The notes beneath the pieces are model-generated. The model worked only from the letters and a program-made list of their open reading frames with translations, did not search any database and was not told the DNA's origin. Below are positions 52,067 through 64,000 of a DNA stretch of 64,000 bases, one piece after another; position 1 is the first letter of the stretch; every line of letters starts with the position of its first letter. The stretch is from positions 177,817 through 241,816 of the forward strand of contig NMRA01000628.1 in assembly GCA_002633005.1 (NCBI GenBank), in the 5' to 3' direction. This stretch comes from Phoronis australis (Eukaryota; Animalia; Phoronida). The position numbers were made by a program, and so were the translations under genes.

Positions 52067-52521
52067 AGCGCTTTAGTACGTACAGTAAACGAACAGACAT
52101 GACCGATGGAGAACATTTAATGTGGATATAGTTTGTGGTATGTTGTACAGACAATCGGTGATTAATTGGGATATGTTCAAGGATTTTGAATCGGAAAGTT
52201 CTGGTTGTGCCTTTTTCATGAGCATATTTCTACCGTCGCTGACTTTTGTTTGCATTGTTACCCTGTATTCACACAGGATGAATAACACACCGGTTAAATC
52301 GGCCACGCGGCTATTAATCATTACTGCATTGCATAAGAAAACTTGATTCCCAAAGATGTTGGCATGGCCAAAAAAAAACGTTCACAGTCCGCCATTTTCT
52401 GTCTTTGCGGTAAAGCCAACCAATGACTGCCATGGTTGCCTCAACCAGTGATAAAACGTGTACTGCTGAGTGATACCTGCGTGTTTTCTAATACATAGCG
52501 CACATACAGGGAACCAGCGAG
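51823..52521 (+). mobile_element. MITE family B (Academ-like ends), copy 1
   Basis: TIR CTCGCTGGTTCC...ACACGCAGGTATCA. 9-bp direct repeat TCTCCTCAC on both flanks. Carries an insert ending in (GATT)n. Confidence 0.6.
51941..52064 (+). mobile_element. Retroelement 3' tail ending in AATAAA and (GATT)n
   Basis: Absent from the sister MITE copy. Ends AATAAATGAATTAT(TGAT)8, like the microsatellite tails of CR1/L2 LINEs and their SINEs. Confidence 0.5.
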
Positions 52522-52613
52522 TCTCCTCACCAAGTCTCATGCCTAAACTGACGAGCGCCACCTTGAGGCTTGGGGACGAGGCTGGGGACGTATGAAAGAA
52601 GTTCAGTCTGCAT

Positions 52614-53196
52614 GACTCGCTCCTTCCATGCGTGTAGGGGGTAGATAACACGCAGGTATCATTCAGTAGCACGCGTTTTGTCACTGGTTGATGTAACCTC
52701 GGCAGTCACTGGTTAGCTTTACAACAAAGAAAGAAAATGGCGGACTGTGAACGATGTTAAGCCTTGTCATGTAAGTGGCTTGACAGCAAACATTCCTTTT
52801 CTGCAGTAATCTTTAATATTCGCGTGCTTGAACCAGATACAATGCACACACCTCTGGCCGATTTATTCGGTGTGTTATTCATACTGTGTAAATACAGGAC
52901 AGCAACGTAAACAAAAACCAGTGACAGTAAAAAATGCACTCCGAAAAGGCACAATCACAACTTTCTGATTAACATTTTTTAAACATGAAATACATGTAAG
53001 CACTCATTTGTATGTAAAACAGACCACAAACTACATCCACATTCACTTCCGCTATCAGTCATACCAGTTTTGTTTTCGTAAAGCGCTACAGTATCTGTTG
53101 AATTCGACCAGCCAATCAGAAACGCCGGCGTAAAAAAGTTTAGGAGGAACTACTTGTTAGCTACCCCCTAGCGGACACGCAAGGAATCAGCGAGGC
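52614..53196 (-). mobile_element. MITE family B, copy 2, inverted relative to copy 1
   Basis: Reverse-complement similarity to 51823-52521 along its length. Confidence 0.6.
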
Positions 53197-55330
53197 CATA
53201 TGACTGGTGTTTGCGCGTGTGCAGATGTGGTATTCCAATGCGGAATTGAGGCTAGAATAATCCCGATATGCTCCAGGTGGATCGTGCTTAATATTAGTCT
53301 CGCGACATTTCCTCGTGAAGTAAAGGGCATGCCGCTGCGTTGGAAAACCAAGATCCGCGTGTGAACAAAGTCGTTTTTTGACACCAGGGCCCAGTCTCTA
53401 ATCTTTTTACTCGACATGGAACTCGAGATCATGTTTGGCATTTTCCAATTTACTTTTGTGGGAACTCTAGATAAGTGTCTATTATTCTATGCTCGAGTAC
53501 ATAATGGCTTACGTGGATAATTTATTAGTCCTAGTTTGCAGTTAATAAACGCAACATTAAGGGTAAAAAGTCAAGTTTTAACTCGAAATTTCGAGTTTTA
53601 TTCAAGTTTGTAGCACGAATACATGCATATGGGTCAAGTTCAAACTTGGACTAGAAACTCATAGGCATAAACTATTATGTATTCGAGCACTTATACTGAT
53701 TTCGCAAAGAGGAGCAGAGAATTTGAAAAAAATATATCGAGTTCGTTTCGAGTACAAGGATTAGAGACCGGGCCTGGAACATGGATTGCAGAGTTTTTCT
53801 ATGTAAGTGATCACTAAGGGGAGTTAAGCGGTTATTCACGTGTTTGCAATTTTGTGGCACTTTTTCGAACAACGCATAATTATCGATAATGCCTAATAAA
53901 ACATTAAAACTGTTATGTCGGCAATCCGCGAACTCGTGTCACCCTTTATTAGATGGTAACGAAAAACTACGGCTTCATTACTTATCCTTGATATTCTTGG
54001 AAAATGTGTCAGAACGCGGTTTCCGTGTTTTAATGGTTTCAATCAAGATTTCCCGTCACCTCTCGAATCGAAAAAGGCGGCTCTCACGGAAATGTACTCT
54101 ACAAACACGTGCTCAAGGAAGACGCCTTTTCGTAGAGCCAACATGTGGATATAAATAAAGGATAGTGGTTCGAGCTATCCAGGCCATCGAACTGACAATT
54201 TCAGAGTTGGCTAATCGCAATAAACCCTGAAGCGTTAAGTTCCTCCAGTTTAAAGATGGTGGAATTTCCAAGTGCTGTCTTGGCATTGTACAGAATGTGA
54301 ACGATAAATTGCATGGTGCGGTTTACAGCGAATAAATATGGGCTGGTACCCGCGGTAGAAATATCGTTAGATCTACCTTATCTTCTTAGGCACGAATGTG
54401 TAGAACCAAAATTTAAAAATAACCAGACGCACTTTTTTAGATTTAGATTAAAGTCTGCAGTTTCAGGAATTGTGGCAAACCTCTATTCTTTTCTTTTTTT
54501 TCAAGTTAACCTTTCGGAATCATATCACGATATTATTCCAGTGCAGGAGTTGAGTTCATTGGAATTTCTTCCGTGGAAAGATGGCTTTCGTGACTCCGGA
54601 AATGATTTGCCAGATCATTTTGTTGTTTGTGAGGAGACCACTGCTGATTATAAGGCTGATTTAGGGGGACCAGGGGCCCTGGTCCCCTCGCTTACAAACA
54701 CTACCAATAATGTCAGATAAGATTGGATGATAGGCGTACAATATCAAAACGCGAAGGTACTGCTGACTGCGAGGTAGCCCAAGTCCAGACTCGCCAGGCT
54801 AACAGAAGTCGCATCTCGCGAATGAAAGTGGCGTGGTTACGTGCTTCAGATGTAAAACATGGCGGTATCCCGCGAAGTATTGCTTAATCTTGAGTTTTTG
54901 CGAAGTTCTCTTGACTTCGGAAAGCATGACCGAATTGCCCTAAGTGCCCACGCTTGCACAGGCGGATCATGCATCTACCACGGGTACCAGAGTAAATGAC
55001 TAGCTGGCGTTTATGCATCATAGATTATAGTACATGGCCCGCCAACCAACTCTGTATTCTTTTAAATGCGAAGACAACCTTTTTCCATGTCATTTTGAGC
55101 TAAAATAAGGTTGGTTGGTTATCCTAGACATATTTTCCACTTAATTATAGCTTTTCGTAATTTTATTAATTACTCGTCCGCTATTCCGGAAGTGACGTTT
55201 TAGGAGGCAAGCATTTCGCGCCAATTTCTTTTCATATAGTCTGGCTGTGAGAGCTGCCGATTCAGTCATTGTTCTACCTCGGTTGTGTTAAGTTCCGTCG
55301 TCGTTTTCTTTCATTTACTAGTCAGTCAAC

Positions 55331-56402
55331 ATGCCACACCGTTGGTGCGTACCGGGATGTACTAATTATCGGCTCACGCGCGCTTTTGGAGTACCTTTGC
55401 ATCGCTTTCCGATGGATGACACACTTCGCCGTACTTGGCTCGTTCGTGTGAAGAACGCAGCGTTACCCGTCCACGCAACGTACAAAGCAGTGGAGAATTA
55501 CCGTGTGTGTGGCAAGCACTTTCTGCCGTCCGATTACGAAAGGGATTTGTACGCTGAACTGATGAAGGTCCCTGCGAAACAACGCCTGAAGAAGGATGCC
55601 ATTCCGTCTGTGTTGATTCCCGGCAGTGCCCCGTCGCCACCCCCGAGAAGTGCGTTTTTGAAGCGAGAAGCCTCGCGAGCTGTGGCCAGTACAGTGACTG
55701 GAGCCAGTGGAGGCACTTCATCTACTGTCACCCGTGCCTCCGAACGTACCCCAGAGCGTGCAATTCCTGGAACCAGTAGTGATTCGCCCTGTGCTGTTTT
55801 CTCCAGCCCAGAGCCTCTAAGCAGCCCTGCAGCGATATTGAGTAGTGGGAGTGATTACAGGCCCAGTTCGACACCCAGTGAAGAGGACAGTTCGTCGTCC
55901 AGTGAACAGATCGGTGAGCCAAACTTTGATAAGTTTATTGTGGACTTGTCTAAAGTGTTGGAGCTATTTAGAAGGTGCCAGGTGTGTGGCGAGGGAGTCA
56001 CACGACACAATGTAAGCAGTTTGGGTGCTCAGGTCACCATCCAGTGGGAGTGTGTCACGGGACACTCTGGCAAGTGGGACAGTTGTTCCTCTGTCCGTGG
56101 TATGCCGGAGGTCCACTTAACCATGTCCAGTGGTGTGCTCTTCACTGGAAACACGTTTCAGTCGGTGAAGACAATGATGGACTTTGGAAAAGTCAAGTTT
56201 TTTTTCGAAAACAACATTCAACAACATTCAGAATTCCTATTTAATACCAGTTGTCAATGACGCATACATGTCACAACATCTCGAGTTGGTGGCGGAATTC
56301 ATGGAGAAGGAGAACTTGTCTGACTCACCAGGGCGGTCCGCCAAGTATACCACATACACTCTAATGGAGGAAGAGACCAAAAAGATAATTGATGTGGAAC
56401 TC
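55331..56402 (+). pseudogene. THAP-domain Kolobok transposase, frameshifted and truncated
   Basis: THAP motifs CVPGC...HRFP...W...VCGKHF...LKKDAIPS; residue 5, usually the first Zn-ligand Cys, is Trp. Then a Ser-rich linker and a CxxC...CxxGH finger. Extra T in a T8 run (56198-56205). The second frame gives FSKTTFNNIQ...DSPGRSAKYTTYTLM...KIIDVEL, with the GDGR-type segment expected before DSPG missing. Sequence breaks at ~56402. Confidence 0.85.
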
Positions 56403-56672
56403 GGAACAGCACAAGCATTCAATTGAGGTAGGCATAACAACGCACACAGTGCATTTGCACCAAGATGTGTCACCACGTCTGTCTTCAGTAGCCGCCTCGT
56501 TTCTCTCAACAGCTGCCTGTGCCTGTGTGTACTCTGCCTCGTTGTACTCGGGCTCAAACATGTACCCACCCACTGAATGTCCGTGAAAAAATTCCTCGTC
56601 ACCACTGCTGTGAACAAGGTCTCCGTCACTCACACTACTGTCACTGTGATACGGGTCACCGACTCCAGCCAT
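56400..56672 (-). pseudogene. Kolobok accessory (KolX-like) Cys-rich protein, N-terminal part; resembles the P2X7 C-terminal ballast Zn domain
   Basis: MAGVGDPYHSDSS...YMFEPEY...WCKCTVCVVMPTSIECLCCSE has the acidic leader, YxFEP and WCxCxxCxxMxxxxExxCC motifs. Truncated where it meets the transposase. Confidence 0.78.
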
Positions 56673-59017
56673 TTTCAGCTTACAACACACTAAACAATCC
56701 CTAAATCCAACGCAGTTGAGTTCTCTACTAACCTATCTTGCCGCAGAATACTCGCCGATGGAAAGTGGTGGCGACAATTGGTGAAAAATAGCACAAAACA
56801 AAAGTAGAATAGAACAGATTCGCACAGTAAGCTCAACGCAAAACCAAGTGGCGGGAAGCGCTTGCCTCCTAAAACGTCACTTCCGGAAAAGCGGACGAGT
56901 AATTAATAAAATTACGAAAAGCTGTAATTAAGTGAAAAATATGTCTAGGATAACCAACCAACCTTATTTTAGCTCAAAATGACATGGAAAATGGTTGCCT
57001 TCGCCTTTAATGGACGAAACCTGTGCTCTTACAGAAGCAACGACGTCGTCATTCACTAGCGACACCTGACCAAAGTACCATGTGTCATTTCCGGCAAGTA
57101 CGTCGTCTGATAATCATGGTAGGCTGTTGTGTCGTCAAAATAATAACACTAACCGGAAAATGAAACAGATAGGAGAGTGTCGCCTCCTCTTGGATAGTGC
57201 ACAAGAAAATGTTGCGAATCTGTTGTCTATAATCTATGGTGGCATTCCGCTGGTCACGCGATACTTGCAGTGAGGCCGTGTTGCCATCAGCCCTGACTGT
57301 CAGTTTTCGGCATTTAGACATTTAAAGTTGGGTTTTGCAACATTTAAACGAGACAGGGTACAAAATGAGCAGAAAATGTTTAGATAGAAGAAATTTTGCG
57401 AACATCTACAACGTACGTGTACAAATCAATAATGCTCCATGCAGTGTGCAGAGCATGATCACCAGTTCATCTGGTAGCAGCTTTTAGATAAAACTGTACG
57501 TGGCGAAGAAGGAACACTCTAGCATAATAATAGATATTTGACACGAAGACGGGATTTGATAGAAGCACGACATATTCTTGATGTGCGTGGGAACACTACC
57601 CTAAGACATTATCGATCAGACTGTTAAATATATGTCCGCGCTACAACAGTGATTGATCACGTCGGTTCGATTTTACAGGTTTTAAGACACAAGTCAAACG
57701 CAACGAAAAGTTTTTAAGACAGGAAGGGTTGTTGTGGCTCGAATTATAATTTGCCCCGTATGAAAACTTTTATCTCTACACCCAAACCCTTCCCATTTCG
57801 TCACACTAGCAGACAATCGAGCATACATGCTGCACAAATGTGTCTCCTACTCTTCTGAACTCGGTCTTACTAGTTAGTGAATGCAAGATAGTAAATGAGA
57901 TCGTGGATACTATGCCCAAGCGATTTCTGGGGCAGTGCTCTTGTAAAAATGTCATACGCTGGAACTCCAGAATCTCATTGAGCATTTGAATTACTTGGAT
58001 GGGACCGGTTTTTTAAAATTATCAGCGTTGACCACATCCATTAAACGATAAATTGTGTTTCGTTATGATGACTATACGTTTGCTACAAATTCTCTGAAAC
58101 CAAAGCCGGGGACTTCAAACATTATTTATACGTATTTTTACAAACTGTTTGTAAGAAGTCTATACTGAAACAGCAGTGATTTTATCAGTAATGGTTTCAC
58201 TGGGGATTTTTTAGGCAAGAAAAAGTAGTAGAAGAGGATCATTCCTTGCCGAGGCCATCTTTTAAAGATCTCTGAACATTCGCTTCTTCGCTAAGTCGAA
58301 TCAATGTTGCAAACGTTTGCGCTTTCTCATTGCCGTATGAAAATTTGAAGGTCAGCGGTGCGCGGACAGTCTTTTAAATTTTCAATTTTAATTCAAAACA
58401 AAGTTTGCGAGTCGGAACTTTTAATAATTGTTTGTTAATCGATACTTATTAATGTCCATATATTGGGGAACAGAAACAGCGCACCCCCCCCCCCCCCCAA
58501 CATTTTGGTAGAGGGGCGCTCTCCACCCTGCCTCCGCTTCCTACGCCAATCTTCCCATATGCTAAGAACGATTTCTGAATGGGTATCGCATTTAGAACGA
58601 CCATGAAATTGCTAGTCTTTCAAACAATAATTTAAGATATAATAATGAATGGTTATGTTTTATCACGTGATCACGATTGCTTACGATGGCTTTATCGATT
58701 ACTTGGATAACGACCAAACAACGTGGAACATGACAAAAAGTTGATCAATGACAGATCTCTATTCGTCATCAATTTCTGTAATGCTGGCTTCACTTTCGTG
58801 AAAAACCTTTTGAATTTTGAAAATAAATTCTTGACTTGGGATGTACAACAGCGCTCTCCACGACTATAATTAAGAACACGTGTTAATTATGTTTACCCTC
58901 GACCTACAGGTGAAGCTTCCAAATATTGAATGACCTTTTCTAGAGTAGACAAAGTGCAGTGACAGAAATTACTACGAACACCGCTTCAGATCCATTTACT
59001 CTGGCATATTCACCGTA

Positions 59018-59150
59018 GGACGACGTTTTGGTCTTTCATTTATCACGCCATCTTCAAGTGTTACAGCTTTCTTGTACTGACACTTACTATTCACACTTGG
59101 ATTGAAACATCTGAAGATGGCTGGGAAATGGCCGACAGAAACGTCACGAC
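59018..59150. repeat. Penelope-type terminal repeat pair with hammerhead-like cores
   Basis: Plus strand CTGAAGA-TGGCTGG..CCGACA-GAAACGTC (~59111-59145). Inverted degenerate copy TTGAAGATGGCG...CCAAAACGTC on the minus strand (~59020-59059). Confidence 0.45.
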
Positions 59151-59751
59151 AATGTAAATAGTTTAAAGACATCCCACCACGCATTGTCTTAGTTTTTGAT
59201 GTTTTAGTTAGTTAATGCCAAATGAAATCTATAAAATCTAACTAAACAGGGACTTTTATGCCAAACTGTCGTAACTTTATTCAATTTTGAAGAAAAATTA
59301 GTTTTTTCAAGTTTCCCGCCAAATGATGTAATGTTAGAAAGACGTTTGGTCACTTGGTAATCAATTGCAAAAGCGAAACACAGCAGATCAGGACGACGAC
59401 AATTTTAAACGAGAATTGAACTATTGTGCAAAATAGACACTTAGTAATCACTGACAAAGGTCACAGTAAACCTGGGCCACTCAGTGGTGAATTTAGAGGA
59501 GGGCAAAGGGGGCCATGCCCCCCTAAAATTCACCCGGATTCCATTTGGCAGTTTGGAGGTGCGAATGTCTAACGGCGAAATCCTATCTAATACTGTGCCC
59601 TAGCCCCCTAACTCAAAATCCTGGATCCGCTCGTTACTCGTATTCACTCTTGCCATGATGGAATGAGCACGGTCTAAACAGAATGCGCGTACGTGTCGTA
59701 GCACTCGATCTGGGCCGAGGATGAGGGGCTGTCATTACTCGCCTTGGCATG

Positions 59752-59898
59752 CATGGGCGGCGCACCATGGGGTGCTGGGGGGTTATAGCCCCACTTTTTA
59801 GTGGTACGCCGCATATGGTTTATAGGCGATGAACCACGGGGGGCTGAGGGGGCTTTAGCCCCCGGCCCCCCACTTTTTTCTGTGCTGCGCCGCCAATG
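59752..59898 (+). repeat. Dimeric GC-rich mini-MITE
   Basis: Same two-unit layout as 32928-33087; CATGGGCGGCGCA...TGCGCCGCCAATG termini. Confidence 0.55.
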
Positions 59899-60849
59899 GC
59901 ATTGAAGCAGTTTTTTCCTTATGTATAAAATTTGCAAATACACTTACAAGGTGGCGAGTCCTTCATCGTAACGCTGCTTTTGTGTTTGGTCGAAACACGA
60001 TTCCTTGAAATTCGCTGAACAAAGGGTGATCCGAACCGAATCGCATGTTTCACACTGACATTCCACACTCTCGTACGACGCACAAACCGATGTCATTTCT
60101 GTGCAACGGTCATGTCTTTAGGAAATTTGAGCACAGAAAGATTCTCGGCCAAGTTGCTGTCACTATAGCCTCCACAAACGCGCCTTTTCATGTCTAAAAA
60201 GGAGATTCTACGCGGACTTCAGTCACAACTCCTTAGTATCGCACTGGTGAAAACACCAATGGCGGAGACGGTCTTCCACCCATTACGTACAACCTCGATA
60301 ACAGAATGATTTATATGTTTTAAATTTTTGGCTTGTTTCTTAGCAACAGGTATTCTAAAGGCTATTAAATCTCTTAAAATGTGTGAATAAAATTCTTTTT
60401 GAGACACAGGGTGATGATGGGAACTCTTTACAGTTTGGTGTAACCAAGACAAATAGATTTTAATACTTATATCAGTTTTTATTACTCTTTTCTAGAAATG
60501 TGTTAAATTACGAAATTGTTTTGTCTCCCGGGCCGATTTCATGAAAAAAAATTAATATCGAAATTCGGGCAAAGTTAAGGCCGAAGTCAAAAGTTCATAA
60601 AATACTGTTTCATGGTTTTCGACATAGGTGAGAATAGAAATTATGCTTTCGCCACCTGTTGCGAAGTTACAGAACTAAGCGAATCGATGTGCCAAATACG
60701 GCTTCAACGTAACCATGGTCTTAAAATTCTAAATGGTCACTTATCCAAAACATTTTAGATGCAACTAGGATCTCGCAAAAGTCAGAACACCCTGATATGG
60801 CTGGAAACTGACATTTCACACGTGCAGGTAAGTCGCAATGCTTAATATC

Positions 60850-61825
60850 CATAGGCGGATTTAGGCGGGGCCCAGGGGGCACGCCCCCCCCCCCCTTGGC
60901 TGCCGCAAAAAATAAAACAGTAAGAGCGTAGGAAAATGTTGAGTTTATTAACTAACCCCGGTAATTAAAATTATACGGGTGAAAAAAGATTTAATTGTGT
61001 GCAGTTTTAGTGTTGGGGGGAGCGCTCAAATCCAATTTCAAGTGTCAAATTCGGAACACGGCGCATTCGTAACGGAACTATGTCTAAGTATAGGCTCTCC
61101 CGCGATATCCCAGGCGACCGGCAGTGGCGCTGCGCACTACGACTCCGTTTCCGTCGTCTGCTCTACTGTGCAATGAAGACAATTTACTTCATTTTTTAAA
61201 GAAAATTGAACCTGAGTGACGATGAAAAAACAGAAGCTGCTGGTAAGATGTGAATCACTCAGAAACTCGCAATACTCTCTTTGTCAAACCTTATCTTAAG
61301 ACGATTTCCAAAGCAATCCCGTCATTATTGCTAACACGAAAAACGGATTTGGTCTTTTGGGCATTTTAAATACGACAAATTTGTTAAGAATTGATGGCAC
61401 AAAATATAAAACGTGTAATAAGCATTACAAAAAGAATTTTGCGCGCAAACGCTGTGGACCATAAACAAGTAGGTCTCTTAGTATGAGATTAGTAGTTAAA
61501 TCGTGGTGGTGTAGTGGTAACGCACGCGCGCTATATCTGCCAGGTCTTGAGTTCGAGTCTTTGGTATTTGCAGCTTTTACTGTTTGACACGTTCTCCGTG
61601 TTTTTTTTTCCTTTTTTCTTGGATAATACTTCAGGAATCAAGGAAAATGCTTGATTTTTAGAGGTAAAAACAGAAAAATTTCCTGGGCGGGAGGGGGGCA
61701 AACCCTCCTCCCGACCTCCCCCCATTCGGTGCTATGCGCATCTACAATCGTGGTTCAGTTTGCGCAAATGCTTACAGTCGGACAAAATGTTGCCCCCCCC
61801 TTGTGATATCCTAGATCCGCCACTG
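60850..61825. mobile_element. hAT-like MITE
   Basis: CATAGGCGGATTTAGG vs CCTAGATCCGCCACTG, G/C-run subtermini, ATATC on both flanks. A short relative lies at 59482-59633. Confidence 0.6.
61503..61562 (+). other. Degenerate tRNA-derived (SINE head-like) sequence
   Basis: A-box TGGTGTAGTGG (61507-61517) and B-box GTTCGAGTC (61551-61559). No intact acceptor stem. Confidence 0.5.
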
Positions 61826-64000
61826 ATATCTACTTTGCATTGCCGGTTCTCGTAAGCAGACGATCCTCAGTTTGACATTGTTTATCGACATATTGCGAAA
61901 AGTATCAACGAAATTTGTTTCTCAACAGTTTGCACTGGCGATAGTCGTAAATTCTGGTGACCATAAGTTCAATCTTAAGTTTACTCTGTAGCACGCCAAC
62001 TTTCGATGTTAGCTTTGACCGATTTCGGACTAAATTTTAGTCTTATAAGAAATTTCACGAAACGGGACTAACACATATTGGCTTTAAGCTACGCATGCCA
62101 AATGACGTCAAACGGATCTCGCAAGATATTGCTTAACTTGCGACATCCATGCCACGGGCGTAAGTTAGGTCTAAGTTAAGAAAAAATGTTTCATAATACG
62201 GACTCATGATGTAGAACACAGCTTGATTGGTATTTAACTTAAACAAGGATTTTAAACAAATCCATGTTCTTCCACACGGATAACGATACATGTAGTTATT
62301 TACTTCAACCAAGTGAACAGGAAAAGGTAACGGACCGTAAACAGAGGTGCAAAATATGACGTCAATCCTTTCCCATCTGTTATTCGCAAGGTGCAGACAT
62401 GACGACCAGACCTTTAACAGTATTAACCGAGCTTTCTGAATACTACACCTGGAGAAAAATCGTGTCCAAATCAAAACCTACTACGGAAGCAGCGAAACAA
62501 ATGCAACGACAAACACAATTTTCTTCAGTTCTCCACAGCCGTTTTTACTGGAGTAATTGAAATTATACTCCAAGCCAACTTTACCTTATACTGGAGTAAC
62601 CCGATGAGTCAGTAGCGTCCCGCTCTCACCCGTGCCCACTCTTACCCGCTGTCAAGTATGCTGTCGCAAGGGTGAGTTGGAGTGAGTGTCCGGACATGAC
62701 CTTTCGGATAGGCCTGCCATTCAGTTTCATCGAAAAACAAATTCATTCATAAATAGTCAAGCAGAACCCAAACGGACATTTGAATATGTCACCATTTACG
62801 TGGCAACGTTTTGCCGTGAAAAGCGATTACCAGAACCTTGAGATTAAGTTCGCTTGTCCGTAAACGTATCAATGACACAAACTCCATTACTTCCAACAAA
62901 ACTGGTCTTGTCAAATCTTAAGCAAAAATAAATGTACGGTAACATATTTTATTCCCATTAAACTTTTAGGACAATGAACTGACGATTCACTTATTTCCCC
63001 ATACATTTGTAATCATTGTAATTTTGACCTCTGGCAACATTGATCAGAATCGGTCCAAAGGACCTGATAATATACATACATGTATACTCGGGCAACCTTG
63101 CTTTAAATCTGTTCAAATTACCCGGTACCACCGCCGATCTGCATTTGTTGAGTATATATATCATCCATTAAGTACTANTGCTAGTCCACGAGAGCACCAG
63201 CCATGAGCGGCAAGGTGGGGGTCAGCCGATTTTCACCAAATTTGGCACATAGGTAGTCCTATGGGATCTATAAACAGCGGTAAAATATTTCCTCAAAATA
63301 TTGCGTTTTTCTAAAGTTATAGGCTCAAACACATTTTACGGCTTCGCAGCCATGTTTTCACGGTATAAAAACTGTCCAGGTTTAACTGTTCATATTTTTC
63401 CTTGAATGAAAGCTATCGATTTATTATTCACTTGGCATTGTTTATTGGTGCCTGTAGATTGTTACACAGATGTCTTGAAACACGATTCCGATTTACCACC
63501 GTCATTTAGTAGTTTTACTACACTGCCCCCCGTTACAGGGGTGTATGTCATTTTGAGGCTGTGTTCAGTACACTGCTGTACCAAATCTGCCCCCACTGTT
63601 ATGATAATGAAACTTAGTCAAAATGTTGAAGAAACATGTTGCTTTCATTTCATAAAATGAAAACTTCATCAGCCAGTTTATTAGTTATATATTTTGGCAC
63701 CTCAAATGTACTAAAATGAGAAATTTTCATATATCTGAGATCGATGCGTGAGCACCGTAAAATCCGATTGTCTTTTATGTTTTTCGATATTTTACAACAA
63801 GTTAGTTCCTCCTGAATGTTTTGAACGTTTTACTACTGATCACTTAGGGCTATAGTACCCCTAAATACCATACATGGTTCCATTTTGTAAAAAGCCGATT
63901 ATGTCCTCCACAGTGAACAGGGATAGACATGAACTCGACAAATGTAGGTTATTTTGATTTACAGTTGTTTTACTTTGCAATTTCCTCATGGGTATTTCTT

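Larger units (their letters stand above)
55066..57006 (+). mobile_element. Kolobok-type DNA transposon, internally deleted copy
   Basis: TTAA on both sides (55062-55065, 57007-57010). ~150-bp TIRs (consensus AGGCGAAGGCAACC...AGGAGGCAAGC). Contains a THAP transposase fragment and a convergent Cys-rich ORF, the layout known for Kolobok. Confidence 0.88.

Noticed and set aside
54313-54720. 135-aa plus-strand ORF
   Set aside because: No domain; runs into a MITE fragment.
61503-61562. Functional tRNA gene
   Set aside because: No complete cloverleaf; treated as a SINE-like remnant.

Overview
Eukaryotic, AT-rich genomic DNA from a metazoan invertebrate (inferred from GT-AG introns and the transposon families present), with one 669-nt assembly gap. 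One host gene can be built: a 3-coding-exon, minus-strand synaptotagmin-family gene (N-terminal TM helix plus two C2 domains, 473 aa) with a 13.9-kb first coding intron. It lacks most Ca2+-binding aspartates. The rest is mostly transposon-derived. There are two copies of an internally deleted Kolobok-type DNA transposon (TTAA target, ~150-bp TIRs, THAP transposase facing a Cys-rich P2X7-ballast-like ORF). A 5'-truncated CR1-group LINE with a 14-bp TSD sits inside a TG...CA LTR-like dimer flanked by a 5-bp TSD. Penelope remnants and many MITEs are also present. The most striking non-coding signal is a large excess of TACATGTA and related TA-CA(N)TG-TA/TACAGTA words. Paired repeat copies in this window show them as insertions at a plain TA, as expected for Tc1/mariner excision footprints. 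All alignments were done by eye; no database searches were run.
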